Positions 8,239 through 19,142 of a DNA stretch of 44,453 nucleotides are shown piece by piece. This stretch comes from an uncultured Oscillospiraceae bacterium (lineage in GTDB: Bacteria; Bacillota; Clostridia; Peptostreptococcales; Anaerovoracaceae). A model generated the notes under the pieces. That model was given only the letters and a program-made list of their open reading frames with translations. It ran no database searches and had not been told where the DNA came from. A program made the translations under genes and the position numbers. The number at the start of each line of letters is the position of its first letter. The first letter of the stretch is position 1. Where the stretch lies: positions 1 to 44,453 of the forward strand of contig CAYJGT010000002.1 in assembly GCA_964370035.1 (NCBI GenBank). Reading direction: 5' to 3'.

Positions 8239-9411
8239 TTACCAACCAGTATAAATCTCAGGTCCACGCTTTTTAATTTGTCCGCTTACTACGATACGCT
8301 GAATTTCTGAAGTTCCTTCCCATATTCTGTCAACACGCGTATCTCTAAATAGACGCTCTACTGGATTTTCTCTCATATATCCACGTCCACCTAAGATTTG
8401 AACTGCTTTATCACAAACACGACCAACCATCTCAGAAGTGTAAAGCTTTATTGCTGAAGCTTTTGCATGACGCATTTTACGATCTGCTTCTGGTTGAGAA
8501 ATTTCCCAACAAACACGATATAGCATGCTCTTTGCAGCCATAATATCCATAGCCATATCAGCTAGCATAAACTCTATTGCTTGGCAGTCACGAATAACCT
8601 GTCCACCAAATGTCTTACGAGTTGCAGCAAATTCATTCGCTACATTAAGAGCACGAGTAGCTCCACCAACGCAACGAGCAGCAATTCCTAAACGAGCTTC
8701 TACAAACCAGTCTTTAGTAAAATCAAACCCTTGTCCTACTTTACCTAGGATTCTTGACTCGTCAACTACTACATCTTCAAATACGAACTCAGGGTGTTTA
8801 AATGCAAAATGGTGAGTAAATTGAGGTGTACGTTTAATGCTTACTCCCGGTGCATCCTTTTCCACAAAGAATACCGTAGCTTTGTCAACGTCTCCATCAA
8901 CATGTGCATGAACTAATAAGAAATCAGCTACATCTCCAACTGTTACATACCATTTTTCTCCGTTAATCTTATATCCACCGTCACATTTGTCAGCTCTAGT
9001 CAAACACATTGTTGGGTCAGAACCAGCATCTGCCTCTGTTATTGCATACGCATCTCTACGTTTGTTTTGGCAAGCTGGAATCAAATATTCTTCAATCTGA
9101 TCTTGGTTGCCAAAGCACATTGGGTATGAAGGCTGTGGTACAGCGTCCCAGATAGCTCCTGTTGACTGGCCTAATTGCTCACTAACTAGCATTTGCTCAA
9201 ATAATGTCATACCTTGTCCGCCATGTTCTTTTTTATGGTTAGTTGCATTAAATCCCCAGTCCATTACCTTTTGATTAATAATTGCATGTGTTTCTTTAGT
9301 TAACCCATCATTTTCTTCGCATTCCATTTCATGCGGAAATAATACCTCTTGCGTAAATGCTTTTGCTTTTTCCGCTAACTCGCGATGCTCTTTGCTTAAT
9401 GTGAAATCCAT
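8239..9411 (-). CDS. acyl-CoA dehydrogenase family flavoprotein
   Basis: 390-aa ORF with the ACAD fold signatures (AYAITEADAGSDP, GEKWYVT, QILGGRGY) and the C-terminal RIWEGTSEIQR motif, which retains the catalytic Glu. Confidence 0.9.
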   Translation of the reverse strand: MDFTLSKEHRELAEKAKAFTQEVLFPHEMECEENDGLTKETHAIINQKVMDWGFNATNHKKEHGGQGMTLFEQMLVSEQLGQSTGAIWDAVPQPSYPMCFGNQDQIEEYLIPACQNKRRDAYAITEADAGSDPTMCLTRADKCDGGYKINGEKWYVTVGDVADFLLVHAHVDGDVDKATVFFVEKDAPGVSIKRTPQFTHHFAFKHPEFVFEDVVVDESRILGKVGQGFDFTKDWFVEARLGIAARCVGGATRALNVANEFAATRKTFGGQVIRDCQAIEFMLADMAMDIMAAKSMLYRVCWEISQPEADRKMRHAKASAIKLYTSEMVGRVCDKAVQILGGRGYMRENPVERLFRDTRVDRIWEGTSEIQRIVVSGQIKKRGPEIYTGW

Positions 9412-9726
9412 ATTTTCTCCTTCCCATTAATTACAATTTCAAATACCTTTAATCCTAAAATGTTGTTATAAGTTATACTCTTCAATAACTATATTTGTTA
9501 TTATTCGCATTATATTCTCTGCATATAACTGCCTCGCAATACCTTTTTACAAAAAAATATATGCGAATTGTCCACTTAACTACTTCCCGTAATGGTTTTT
9601 TCTATAAAACACACAAAGTATCCACCTAGGTACACTTTTTCATTGCTATTCATAGTCATATAATGTAAAATTACAGTAATAACTTTTCCCTTTATACTTT
9701 ATCGCGATTGTTGTTTAGGAGATAAT

Positions 9727-11028
9727 ATGAAAAAAGGTGAATTTTGCAAATATTTTAATGTACCGCTTAGTACCGTAAGATTTTATATCGAATGCGGCCT
9801 TCTCGTTCCAAAAAAATGTGGACACCAGTTTATTTTTTCTGAAGAAGATATTAGAGATATGAATATAATTAATAAGCTACACGATTTAGCTTTTTCTAAT
9901 TCTGAAATAAAAAACTACCTAAAGGTAGTTAGATTATATGCGGCAAACGATCCTTCAATAGATGAAAAAGAGTTAAGTTTATTTCATGAAAAAAGGCATC
10001 AATTAGAAGCAAGTATAAGAACTATGAGTAAACAATTGGCATCATTGGAAGCTTCGATCCAAGAAAGAGGTTCCGCACATCAAGAAGAACCTGTTGCTAA
10101 TTCTTTAGGAGTCCCTCTAGACTTTTTACCTTTTTTGGCCTGCCCTAACTGCACTTCCTCTTTAAATCTGGTAGATGCAAAAATTAGCAATATGAAAATC
10201 TCCCATGGAGCATTCCTTTGCGATTGCGGTTATAGAATTGCCATAGACGATGGAATTCTACTAGTGGAAGATCCTCTCTCTAATTATTACGAGAGTGATG
10301 AATTTGATATGGACCACTATGGAGTCGTAGCCTCTAAAGATCCAGACTTTGTTTTCTTTGAGCATATGGATAGAATCAACCCAGAAGTTGTAACCTTGTT
10401 AAATAAAGCTTACTCTTGGGGAAACACTAAACTCCAAGAAGCACCTTTATGCAAACCTGTAATTTTTTTGCCAGATTTATCTAGCCACTATTTTTATATG
10501 ACCATGCATGAAGAGTATTACAAAGATGCCCTAATAGTTATATCTGGTTTTTCTAAAAAACACATCACTTCTATAAAAAAACATATTGAAATTTTCAACA
10601 AACATAATTTAAAAATACTATTCGTAGCAAATACAATTCATACCTTGCCTCTTAAACCGAAAATTTTCGACCTTTGTATTGACATGGGAGCATCATACAA
10701 CTTTTCCTACTACCACAACTACTCTATGTTTACACGGGTTCGTCCCTATTTAAGCAACAGTTGTCAAACCATAGGGCTAAGTAAGTATTATGATAAAAAC
10801 TCTCAAACCTTAAAGGAAATAAAAAAGTTATACAAAAATTCATATTGCAACTATTCATTACTATCTACATTTAAGCACGAACTTTGCAAAAATCAATTAG
10901 CTTTAGTAGAGTTAACCGAAATAGGTACTATCAAAAATCCTGGGGATTACTATAGGCATCATATTCCTGGCGAAACACAAACTTTCTTCACCTACATCGC
11001 TGAAGCAAATACATCGGAAAAAATATAA
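9727..11028 (+). CDS. MerR-family transcriptional regulator fused to a Trm112-like zinc ribbon and a degenerate methyltransferase-like C-terminal domain
   Basis: Residues 1-70 form a MerR wHTH (FCKYFNVPLSTVRFYIECGLL). Next come a coiled coil, then CPNC...x24...CDCGYRIAIDDGILLV (Trm112-type ribbon), then an alpha/beta-like domain of about 250 aa. In that domain VIFLPDLSS sits where SAM motif I (VLDLGCGTG) would be. Confidence 0.75.
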   Translation: MKKGEFCKYFNVPLSTVRFYIECGLLVPKKCGHQFIFSEEDIRDMNIINKLHDLAFSNSEIKNYLKVVRLYAANDPSIDEKELSLFHEKRHQLEASIRTMSKQLASLEASIQERGSAHQEEPVANSLGVPLDFLPFLACPNCTSSLNLVDAKISNMKISHGAFLCDCGYRIAIDDGILLVEDPLSNYYESDEFDMDHYGVVASKDPDFVFFEHMDRINPEVVTLLNKAYSWGNTKLQEAPLCKPVIFLPDLSSHYFYMTMHEEYYKDALIVISGFSKKHITSIKKHIEIFNKHNLKILFVANTIHTLPLKPKIFDLCIDMGASYNFSYYHNYSMFTRVRPYLSNSCQTIGLSKYYDKNSQTLKEIKKLYKNSYCNYSLLSTFKHELCKNQLALVELTEIGTIKNPGDYYRHHIPGETQTFFTYIAEANTSEKI

Positions 11029-11069
11029 CATTGATTATAATAATAGGTCACAACTAGTTTAAAAAAGGG

Positions 11070-11999
11070 TTAGCTTTCATTATTAAAGTTACCCTTTTTA
11101 TTTTTTCGCACCCAATTTACACCTACAATTCCGCCTAGCATACACAGAGTTCCTATTAATGTTCCAATTGTAGCCGCTTCTCCTAAGAATAATATTCCTG
11201 CAATTACTCCTACTACTGTAGTTCCAATTAGCACTAAAGTTCCTGCAATATGTATTGATAATTTTGACAAAGTATAGTTATAAGCAAAGTAAGCCCAAAA
11301 TGAGCTTAGGGTTCCCAAATACAGTATAGGTAACAAATGGTCTGTTTCTAAGAATACCTTTGTGTAGGTTTCCACTCCAAACCCAAGCACAAAGTTTAAA
11401 GTATTGAAAAATATTAGACCTACAATATTCATCATATAGGTTATTTCAAAGGCAGAATAGTTTTTCGAAACTTTCGCGACAACCCCTGCATAAATAGCGC
11501 CCACTACCAAAGTAGTTAGTAAGAAGATATATCCTGTAATTTCTCCTCCTACTTTTAAATTTCCGCCAAATAAGGCTACAATTATTACCCCTAAAATAGA
11601 AATAATAATGCTGCAAAATTGTATTTTAGTAACCCTTTGTTTTAAAAATAGTGCTGCAACAATCAAGGATGCCATAGGCGCTAAAGCTAATACTATTGAA
11701 GCTTCCGTAGCTGTTGTTAAAGCAATCCCTTCCACTTCCAACATTCCATATATACATGGTTCCAATATTCCTATCAAAAGAAGTATCCCTATATCTTTTT
11801 TCTTGAATCTAATTTCAATTTTTCTAATTAAAATGAATAGTGTCATTACAATAACCGCAATAATCATTCTAGATGCCATCAGTTCAATTAAATGCAATTC
11901 ATTAGTAGTATCTTTGACTACTGCTATTGCTCCTCCCCAAGTCACGGCTGATGATACACCTAGTATATAAGCTAAAATTGGCTTTTTTGTCTTCCCCAT
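11070..11999 (-). CDS. EamA/DMT-family transporter
   Basis: 309-aa ORF with 10 TM helices and the EamA duplicated architecture. Confidence 0.75.
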   Translation of the reverse strand: MGKTKKPILAYILGVSSAVTWGGAIAVVKDTTNELHLIELMASRMIIAVIVMTLFILIRKIEIRFKKKDIGILLLIGILEPCIYGMLEVEGIALTTATEASIVLALAPMASLIVAALFLKQRVTKIQFCSIIISILGVIIVALFGGNLKVGGEITGYIFLLTTLVVGAIYAGVVAKVSKNYSAFEITYMMNIVGLIFFNTLNFVLGFGVETYTKVFLETDHLLPILYLGTLSSFWAYFAYNYTLSKLSIHIAGTLVLIGTTVVGVIAGILFLGEAATIGTLIGTLCMLGGIVGVNWVRKNKKGNFNNES

Positions 12000-12039
12000 A
12001 ATCCCTCCATTTTCTAATTTCCGAAGTTAGTATATCATT

Positions 12040-12074
12040 AAAAAAAGACCGTTGCAACGCAACAGTCTTTTTTT
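12040..12074 (-). terminator. bidirectional rho-independent terminator after groEL
   Basis: GACCGTTGC/GCAACAGTC stem (1 mismatch) with a 3-nt loop, flanked by an A-run (12040-12046) and a T-run (12068-12074). Confidence 0.6.
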
Positions 12075-12174
12075 ATAATACACAGCAAATATATTACTAG
12101 TTTATTACTAATATATTCTTTTTTTGTTTCCTAAATCTTACTTACCCTAAGTTAACGTTTGTGGATTCCGCCAA

Positions 12175-13812
<1,638 letters not shown>

Positions 13813-13979
13813 TTAGTCTCCTTAATACTTCTATTTAGTTATTTTTTCTTACAAATTCCCTATTACTTCAAATAAGGTTTCGACTCACAACTCTTTATAT
13901 AATTATGTTTTCTTCTTACGCCACAGGGAATTATTTTCTGTTGTCAATATTTGTCTTTCAACATATTATTATACTAATC

Positions 13980-14261
13980 CTACTTTTCTATTTTTGCTAA
14001 AATATCTCTTTGAGAAAGAATCGTATACTCTTGTCCTTCGTATTTAACATTTGTTCCAGCATACTGGGCAAAAATTACTGTATCCCCTTCCGCTAGTTCC
14101 ATTGGCTCTTCTTCACTTCCCGGTCCAACTGCTAAAACATTAGCAATTTGTGGTTGCTCTTTTGCTTGTCCTGGCAGCACAATTCCACTAGCAGTTTTTT
14201 CCTCAGCTTCTAGCCTTTTAATAACAACTTTTGTTCCCAACGGTTTAATTCCTACACCCAT
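13980..14261 (-). CDS. groS: co-chaperonin GroES (Hsp10)
   Basis: 93-aa ORF with a typical GroES sequence ([25 protein letters not shown]), directly upstream of groEL. Confidence 0.97.
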   Translation of the reverse strand: MGVGIKPLGTKVVIKRLEAEEKTASGIVLPGQAKEQPQIANVLAVGPGSEEEPMELAEGDTVIFAQYAGTNVKYEGQEYTILSQRDILAKIEK

Positions 14262-14310
14262 TTTGTCCTCCTATTTTATTTTTACCTTAAATTTTATTAA
14301 TCGCGTTTTG

Positions 14311-14337
14311 TTAGCACTCTTTCTTTATGAGTGCTAA
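14311..14337 (-). promoter_or_regulatory. CIRCE operator (HrcA binding site)
   Basis: Exact TTAGCACTC-N9-GAGTGCTAA, 50-76 nt upstream of the groES start. Confidence 0.92.
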
Positions 14338-14341
14338 CTAT

Positions 14342-14369
14342 ATTTTACTATTTTTTTCTTTCCTGTCAA
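14342..14369 (-). promoter_or_regulatory. sigma-A-type promoter of groESL
   Basis: On the minus strand, TTGACA-16 nt-TAAAAT lies immediately upstream of CIRCE, the canonical arrangement. Confidence 0.6.
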
Positions 14370-14396
14370 TAGGATATTTAAAATTTTTTTATTTAA

Positions 14397-15434
14397 TTAG
14401 TTGAATAAGGCTCCCACTACAAAGTCGAACTTTTCTCTTTCTTTTTCTTCAGCTTTTATTAATTCCAATTCATGCTCCAACGCTGCAATAACTGCTCTTT
14501 GTTCTTCTAAAGCCTCATCTAAACTTTCTTGCTGTATTATTGCAACATCCGAATATAAGGAGGCCATCTGATTTACAACCTTATCATCCCATTTTGAACT
14601 TGTTGCATATCTTTTATTTACATCTGTTGCAGTGGTACCTGAATAAAGACTTCCACTAGGATGCAAATAATTATTTCCTAAACCTTCAGCAACTGCCATT
14701 ATATTATCTTCTTTGGTGGCATAACCACTCGAGCCATATCCAAACATATTATTAGGCCTAAAGTTAATGGTTCCCCAAGCGCTTTCTAGTGCTGCTATAC
14801 TTACGAGAAACATAGCATTTACATTATGAGTTTTTTCCGCCTCAATAAAAGCCTCTTCTAAACCTACAGTTCCCCCTTTTAATAAAGGCGCTAACTCCTC
14901 AGCAGTAACTCCACTTGGCTGAGATAGATCCATTTCCCATATTTCACTATGGGTAAAAATATCCACTTCTTTTTCTATAGCCTCTAAGGCCTGATTCGCT
15001 ATGGCTATTTCAACTTCTGCCTCTGCAACTTTTCTTTCAAACTTCAAAACTTCTTGCGCTTCAACTGAAGCTAAATGTCCTACAAATGCTCCTGCACCTA
15101 TAAGAAGTAATACTACAACAAAACTGCTAGCAACTATAAAAGGTCTTTTCTTTATTTTTCTAATAAGTTTTACTATTATTTTCTTCTTTCCTTTTTCTGC
15201 CTTCGCTTCTTCTTCCACTTTTTCTATATTGCAACTTACTTGGAAGCTATTCTCGCAATTCTCAACAAATGCATTTTCCTCATTTTCCAAGATACCTTTC
15301 CCTTTATTCTTTTCTATGTCCTTTAGGCAATCCTCTATAATTGCATTATTTACTTTCTTCTTATTATTCAACTTAACTTTTTCAATCTTACACTCTCTAA
15401 TATACTTATTTAATCTTAATTTAGACGTTCTCAT
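14397..15434 (-). CDS. membrane-anchored glucosaminidase-domain (LytD/FlgJ-type) cell-wall hydrolase
   Basis: 345-aa ORF with a lysine-rich N-terminus, one TM helix (FIVASSFVVVLLLIGAGAFVG) and coiled coils. The C-terminal domain (NAMFLVSIAALESAWG...NNMFGYG) is typical of mannosyl-glycoprotein endo-beta-N-acetylglucosaminidase. Confidence 0.65.
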   Translation of the reverse strand: MRTSKLRLNKYIRECKIEKVKLNNKKKVNNAIIEDCLKDIEKNKGKGILENEENAFVENCENSFQVSCNIEKVEEEAKAEKGKKKIIVKLIRKIKKRPFIVASSFVVVLLLIGAGAFVGHLASVEAQEVLKFERKVAEAEVEIAIANQALEAIEKEVDIFTHSEIWEMDLSQPSGVTAEELAPLLKGGTVGLEEAFIEAEKTHNVNAMFLVSIAALESAWGTINFRPNNMFGYGSSGYATKEDNIMAVAEGLGNNYLHPSGSLYSGTTATDVNKRYATSSKWDDKVVNQMASLYSDVAIIQQESLDEALEEQRAVIAALEHELELIKAEEKEREKFDFVVGALFN

Positions 15435-15817
15435 TTTTTCCTTCTTTCATATCCGTATATCCTGCTGTCTTTTTTATGTTTGCTATCCTAATTATAAATT
15501 TCCCTTACATTTAATAAACAAAAAAGCCACCTACTACGTTGTCTTTATTCCAACATTTCAATGGCTCGTAGTTATTTTATCATATTTAGCCGCATATTGC
15601 AAACTTGCCTATTCAGCGAATTGCATGCACAAATATCAGTATTGATATTATTCTTATCTTTTAGAAAATTTTAAAGCATATTTTATAAAGCTAAGCAAAG
15701 TATAGTCTTTTTAACCACTGACACTTCTTTCCGTAAATATATTTCTTTTATCCTATTCTTTCACTTCACCTTAATAGTGGTGATTAATTTCTAGCCATTA
15801 CTTTATCTCTTGATTCA

Positions 15818-17380
15818 CTACGCTTTACTTTCTTCTAGTTTCGCTGTAATTGTAGCTTCTTCGCCATCCCTTATTATTTTTATTTCTATGCTATCTCCAG
15901 GTTCCCTATTTGAAATCTCAGCTTGAACATCAGCTGCGCTTTCAATCTCATTACCATCAATCGATAATAATTGATCTCCTATTTCTAGGCCTGCTGATTC
16001 AGCTGCCGACCCTTCGGTTATCTCCCCAATGTAAACTCCTGGAGTTGATACCCCATATTGATTTGCAGATTCTTGACTTACAATATCAATCATTCCAATA
16101 CCTAATATTGCTTTTCCTGTAACATATCCATCTTCAATTATTGATTCAGTAACAGATTTAACTTGGTCTATTGGAATTGCAAATCCCAATCCCTCAACTT
16201 CACTTCCAGATGATTTTGCTACTACTATCCCTATTAGTTCTCCATTAGCATTAAATAGTCCTCCTCCTGAGTTCCCAGGGTTAATAGAAGCATCCGTTTG
16301 CAATAAATTCATTGTCTGTCCTTCAATGCTAATTTCTCTATCCAAAGAAGATATAATACCTTCTGTAACAGAGCCTCCCAACTCACCTAGGGGGTTTCCT
16401 ATTACAACAGCCTGTTGTCCCAACGCTACATCTTCAGAATTCCCCATTACCGCCGCGGATAATTCTTCAGCTTGAATTTTAATAACTGCTAAATCACTTT
16501 CGGTATCACTTCCTACTATCTCTCCTGAATATTCTTCGCCATCTCTAGTGGTTACAGTAATCTTTGAAGCTCCTTCAATCACATGATTGTTTGTGACAAT
16601 ATAGCCATCTTGGCTGATAATAACACCACTCCCTGCTCCTTCTTCTACCATTGAAGGGTTAAAAGGATTATATTTAGCTACTTCAGTTTTTATTTCAACT
16701 ACCGTATCAGCGCTTACTGCTGCCACTTGCTCGGTAGTTGTTCCTCCTTGATTAGCAGAGGATACCGGCTGCGCTATAGACTGGAATAATGTAGTCCCAT
16801 CACCAAAAAGATTAACAGCCAAAACTCCTCCCCCAAATCCAAATAGCAAACTCACTACTGCAAAAATAGCGCCTACTTTTAGGAATTTTCTTCTTTCCTT
16901 CTTCTTTGCAGATTTACTCCCTAATTCCTGTTGATTATCTGAATTCTCAATATAAGTTGGATGCTCATTATTATTTATAAGATTGCTTTCAAAGTCGCCT
17001 CTCATCCCATTGTTCTCCTCTGCTTTTGCTCTTATATCAGTGGCTGACAAAGTATTATTTTCTTCCAAGGCTTCTTTTTCGTCAGCAGCCATAGATTTTA
17101 CACCATTGCCAAAACTAGAGTTCTCATTTTCATCTTTATCAAGAGTGATATTTATTTCTTTTTCCTTCTCTTCTGCAAGCTCTAATTCCCGTCGACTATT
17201 TTCAATAGGAAGTTCGTGATTCTTATTATTTACATAAGAATCATGCTCATTTAATCCCATATCTTCTGTGAGCTTCTCTGTTACTTCAGTCTCATTTAAT
17301 CCCATCCCTTCTGTGGACCTCTCTGTTTCCCTTAAGTCATTTGCATTGCTTTCTCTGTCCTTGTTCATTTCTTCCTCCAA
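15818..17380 (-). CDS. htrA: HtrA/DegP-family serine protease with PDZ domain and a long acidic N-terminal extension
   Basis: Trypsin-like core (TNNHVI, DLAVIKI, GNSGGGLF catalytic Ser) plus a C-terminal PDZ domain (GLEIGDQLLSIDG). One TM helix lies at about residues 165-190. Confidence 0.9.
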   Translation of the reverse strand: MEEEMNKDRESNANDLRETERSTEGMGLNETEVTEKLTEDMGLNEHDSYVNNKNHELPIENSRRELELAEEKEKEINITLDKDENENSSFGNGVKSMAADEKEALEENNTLSATDIRAKAEENNGMRGDFESNLINNNEHPTYIENSDNQQELGSKSAKKKERRKFLKVGAIFAVVSLLFGFGGGVLAVNLFGDGTTLFQSIAQPVSSANQGGTTTEQVAAVSADTVVEIKTEVAKYNPFNPSMVEEGAGSGVIISQDGYIVTNNHVIEGASKITVTTRDGEEYSGEIVGSDTESDLAVIKIQAEELSAAVMGNSEDVALGQQAVVIGNPLGELGGSVTEGIISSLDREISIEGQTMNLLQTDASINPGNSGGGLFNANGELIGIVVAKSSGSEVEGLGFAIPIDQVKSVTESIIEDGYVTGKAILGIGMIDIVSQESANQYGVSTPGVYIGEITEGSAAESAGLEIGDQLLSIDGNEIESAADVQAEISNREPGDSIEIKIIRDGEEATITAKLEESKA

Positions 17381-17771
17381 TTCACTTTATTCAATAGAGC
17401 ATTACCTTCTGTATCATATCTCTATTCGTTTACAACTTTATTCTATTACTAAAAAATAGCTCCTTATCTATTTTCATTTTTTCTAGCTTTGAAAATTCAC
17501 CAAAGGACTTCTCCTTTAATTTATGTTTACATATTAGTTTACATTTATGATTTTTTTTTGATTTTAAACACACTAATTTTTATTTTCATACCTAACCGCA
17601 AAATATTTCCCCTTACTTCTCAACAACATAACTCCTCTTTTTCATCTATACTTTTCTACTGTCCATCATCTTTTTTACCGACTCGCCTTCTTATTATCTT
17701 TTTCTATTGCATATAATTTACTTTGTACTAAAAAAGCATAATTACATTAAACGCGGTATTTTAACGTCCAG

Positions 17772-17805
17772 AAAAAAAGTAGCAGTGTATAAACAACTGC
17801 TACTC
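17772..17805 (-). terminator. rho-independent terminator after tyrS
   Basis: Perfect 9-bp stem AGTAGCAGT/ACTGCTACT (17779-17787 / 17797-17805), followed on the minus strand by a 7-nt T-run (17772-17778). Confidence 0.75.
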
Positions 17806-17825
17806 AATACTTAAATTTTAAATTT

Positions 17826-19142
17826 CTACCCTAACACAACTCTATGGAACGTCTTCTTTCCTTTTTGAATAATTAATTCATTTTCCATAAACATATCTAT
17901 TGTTACCAACATCTTAGGATTAGTTACTTTATCGCCAGCTATTAGCAATCCTCCCTGCTGAATGGTTCTAAAACCTTCACTGTTGCTCGGGACAATCCCC
18001 AGTTCTTTTATTAGGTTCACAATTCCAATGCCCTCACCTTCAAACTTATCTGTAGGCATTTCGGTAGTTGGGATATTTTCCATCGCTCCCCCGCCTCCAA
18101 AGGCTGCTCTTGCACCTTCTTGGGCCTTGGTCGCTTCCTCTTCATTATGAACTAGCTTAGTCACCTCAAAAGCTAGAATTTCTTTAGCCTTATTTATTTC
18201 AGCACCTTCTAAAGCCGATAGTTCATTTACTTCTTCCATCGGTAGGAAGGTTAACATTCTAAGGCATTTATTTACATCTGCATCTTCTACATTTCGCCAA
18301 TATTGGTAAAACTCGTACGGACTAGTTCTGTCTTTATTAAGCCAAAGTGCACCTTTTTGAGTCTTTCCCATTTTCACACCTTCGCTCGTTGCCAATAATG
18401 AAAATGTCATACCAAATACTTGCTTGCTTAGCTCTCTTCTAGTAAGGTCTACTCCTCCTAGTATGTTAGACCATTGATCATTTCCGCCAAACTGCATCTT
18501 TACATCAATGTCTCTGGCCATAACCATAAAGTCATAAGACTGCATCAGCATATAATTAAACTCTAAGAAAGAAAGGCCTTGCTCTAGTCTTTGCTTAAAG
18601 CATTCCGCCCTAAGCATGTTGTTTACACTGAAATGTCTACCAATATCTCTAATAAACTGAATATAATTAAGCGGTAATAGCCAAGAGGCGTTATTTACAC
18701 AAATAGCCTTACCATCTTCTACTTTTTTATTGCTCTTTCCACCCTCATATCCACCTTCATATACAAACTCGTCATCAAAATCTATAAATTTATCAAAAAG
18801 TTTCTTAAAAGCGGTGCAGTTTTCATTAATTGTATCTGGGGTCATCATGCTTCTCATATCTGTTCTGCCAGAAGGATCTCCAACCATTCCAGTCCCTCCT
18901 CCAATTAATACTACTGGAGTGTGTCCATATTTTTGCATATACATCATTATTATGACTTGCATAAAATGTCCAACATGAAGGCAGTCAGCTGTTGGGTCAA
19001 AGCCAATATAGAACTTAATCTTTTCTTTACCTAGAAGTTCTCTAATTTCATCTTCATGAGTAGCCTGTTCTATAAACCCTCTCTCCTTTAGCACGTCAAA
19101 TACGTTGGTGTGTTTACTAACATCATCTCTAATTAGTTTCAT
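17826..19142 (-). CDS. tyrS: tyrosyl-tRNA synthetase
   Basis: 438-aa ORF with HVGH (HIGH motif), KMGKT (KMSKS motif) and a C-terminal S4-like domain. Confidence 0.95.
   Translation of the reverse strand: MKLIRDDVSKHTNVFDVLKERGFIEQATHEDEIRELLGKEKIKFYIGFDPTADCLHVGHFMQVIIMMYMQKYGHTPVVLIGGGTGMVGDPSGRTDMRSMMTPDTINENCTAFKKLFDKFIDFDDEFVYEGGYEGGKSNKKVEDGKAICVNNASWLLPLNYIQFIRDIGRHFSVNNMLRAECFKQRLEQGLSFLEFNYMLMQSYDFMVMARDIDVKMQFGGNDQWSNILGGVDLTRRELSKQVFGMTFSLLATSEGVKMGKTQKGALWLNKDRTSPYEFYQYWRNVEDADVNKCLRMLTFLPMEEVNELSALEGAEINKAKEILAFEVTKLVHNEEEATKAQEGARAAFGGGGAMENIPTTEMPTDKFEGEGIGIVNLIKELGIVPSNSEGFRTIQQGGLLIAGDKVTNPKMLVTIDMFMENELIIQKGKKTFHRVVLG

Noticed and set aside
15001-15645. 214-aa plus-strand ORF antisense to the glucosaminidase gene
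   Set aside because: It overlaps the 5' half of a gene with recognisable domain motifs. The product is Phe/Ser/Leu-rich low-complexity sequence, and there is no RBS.
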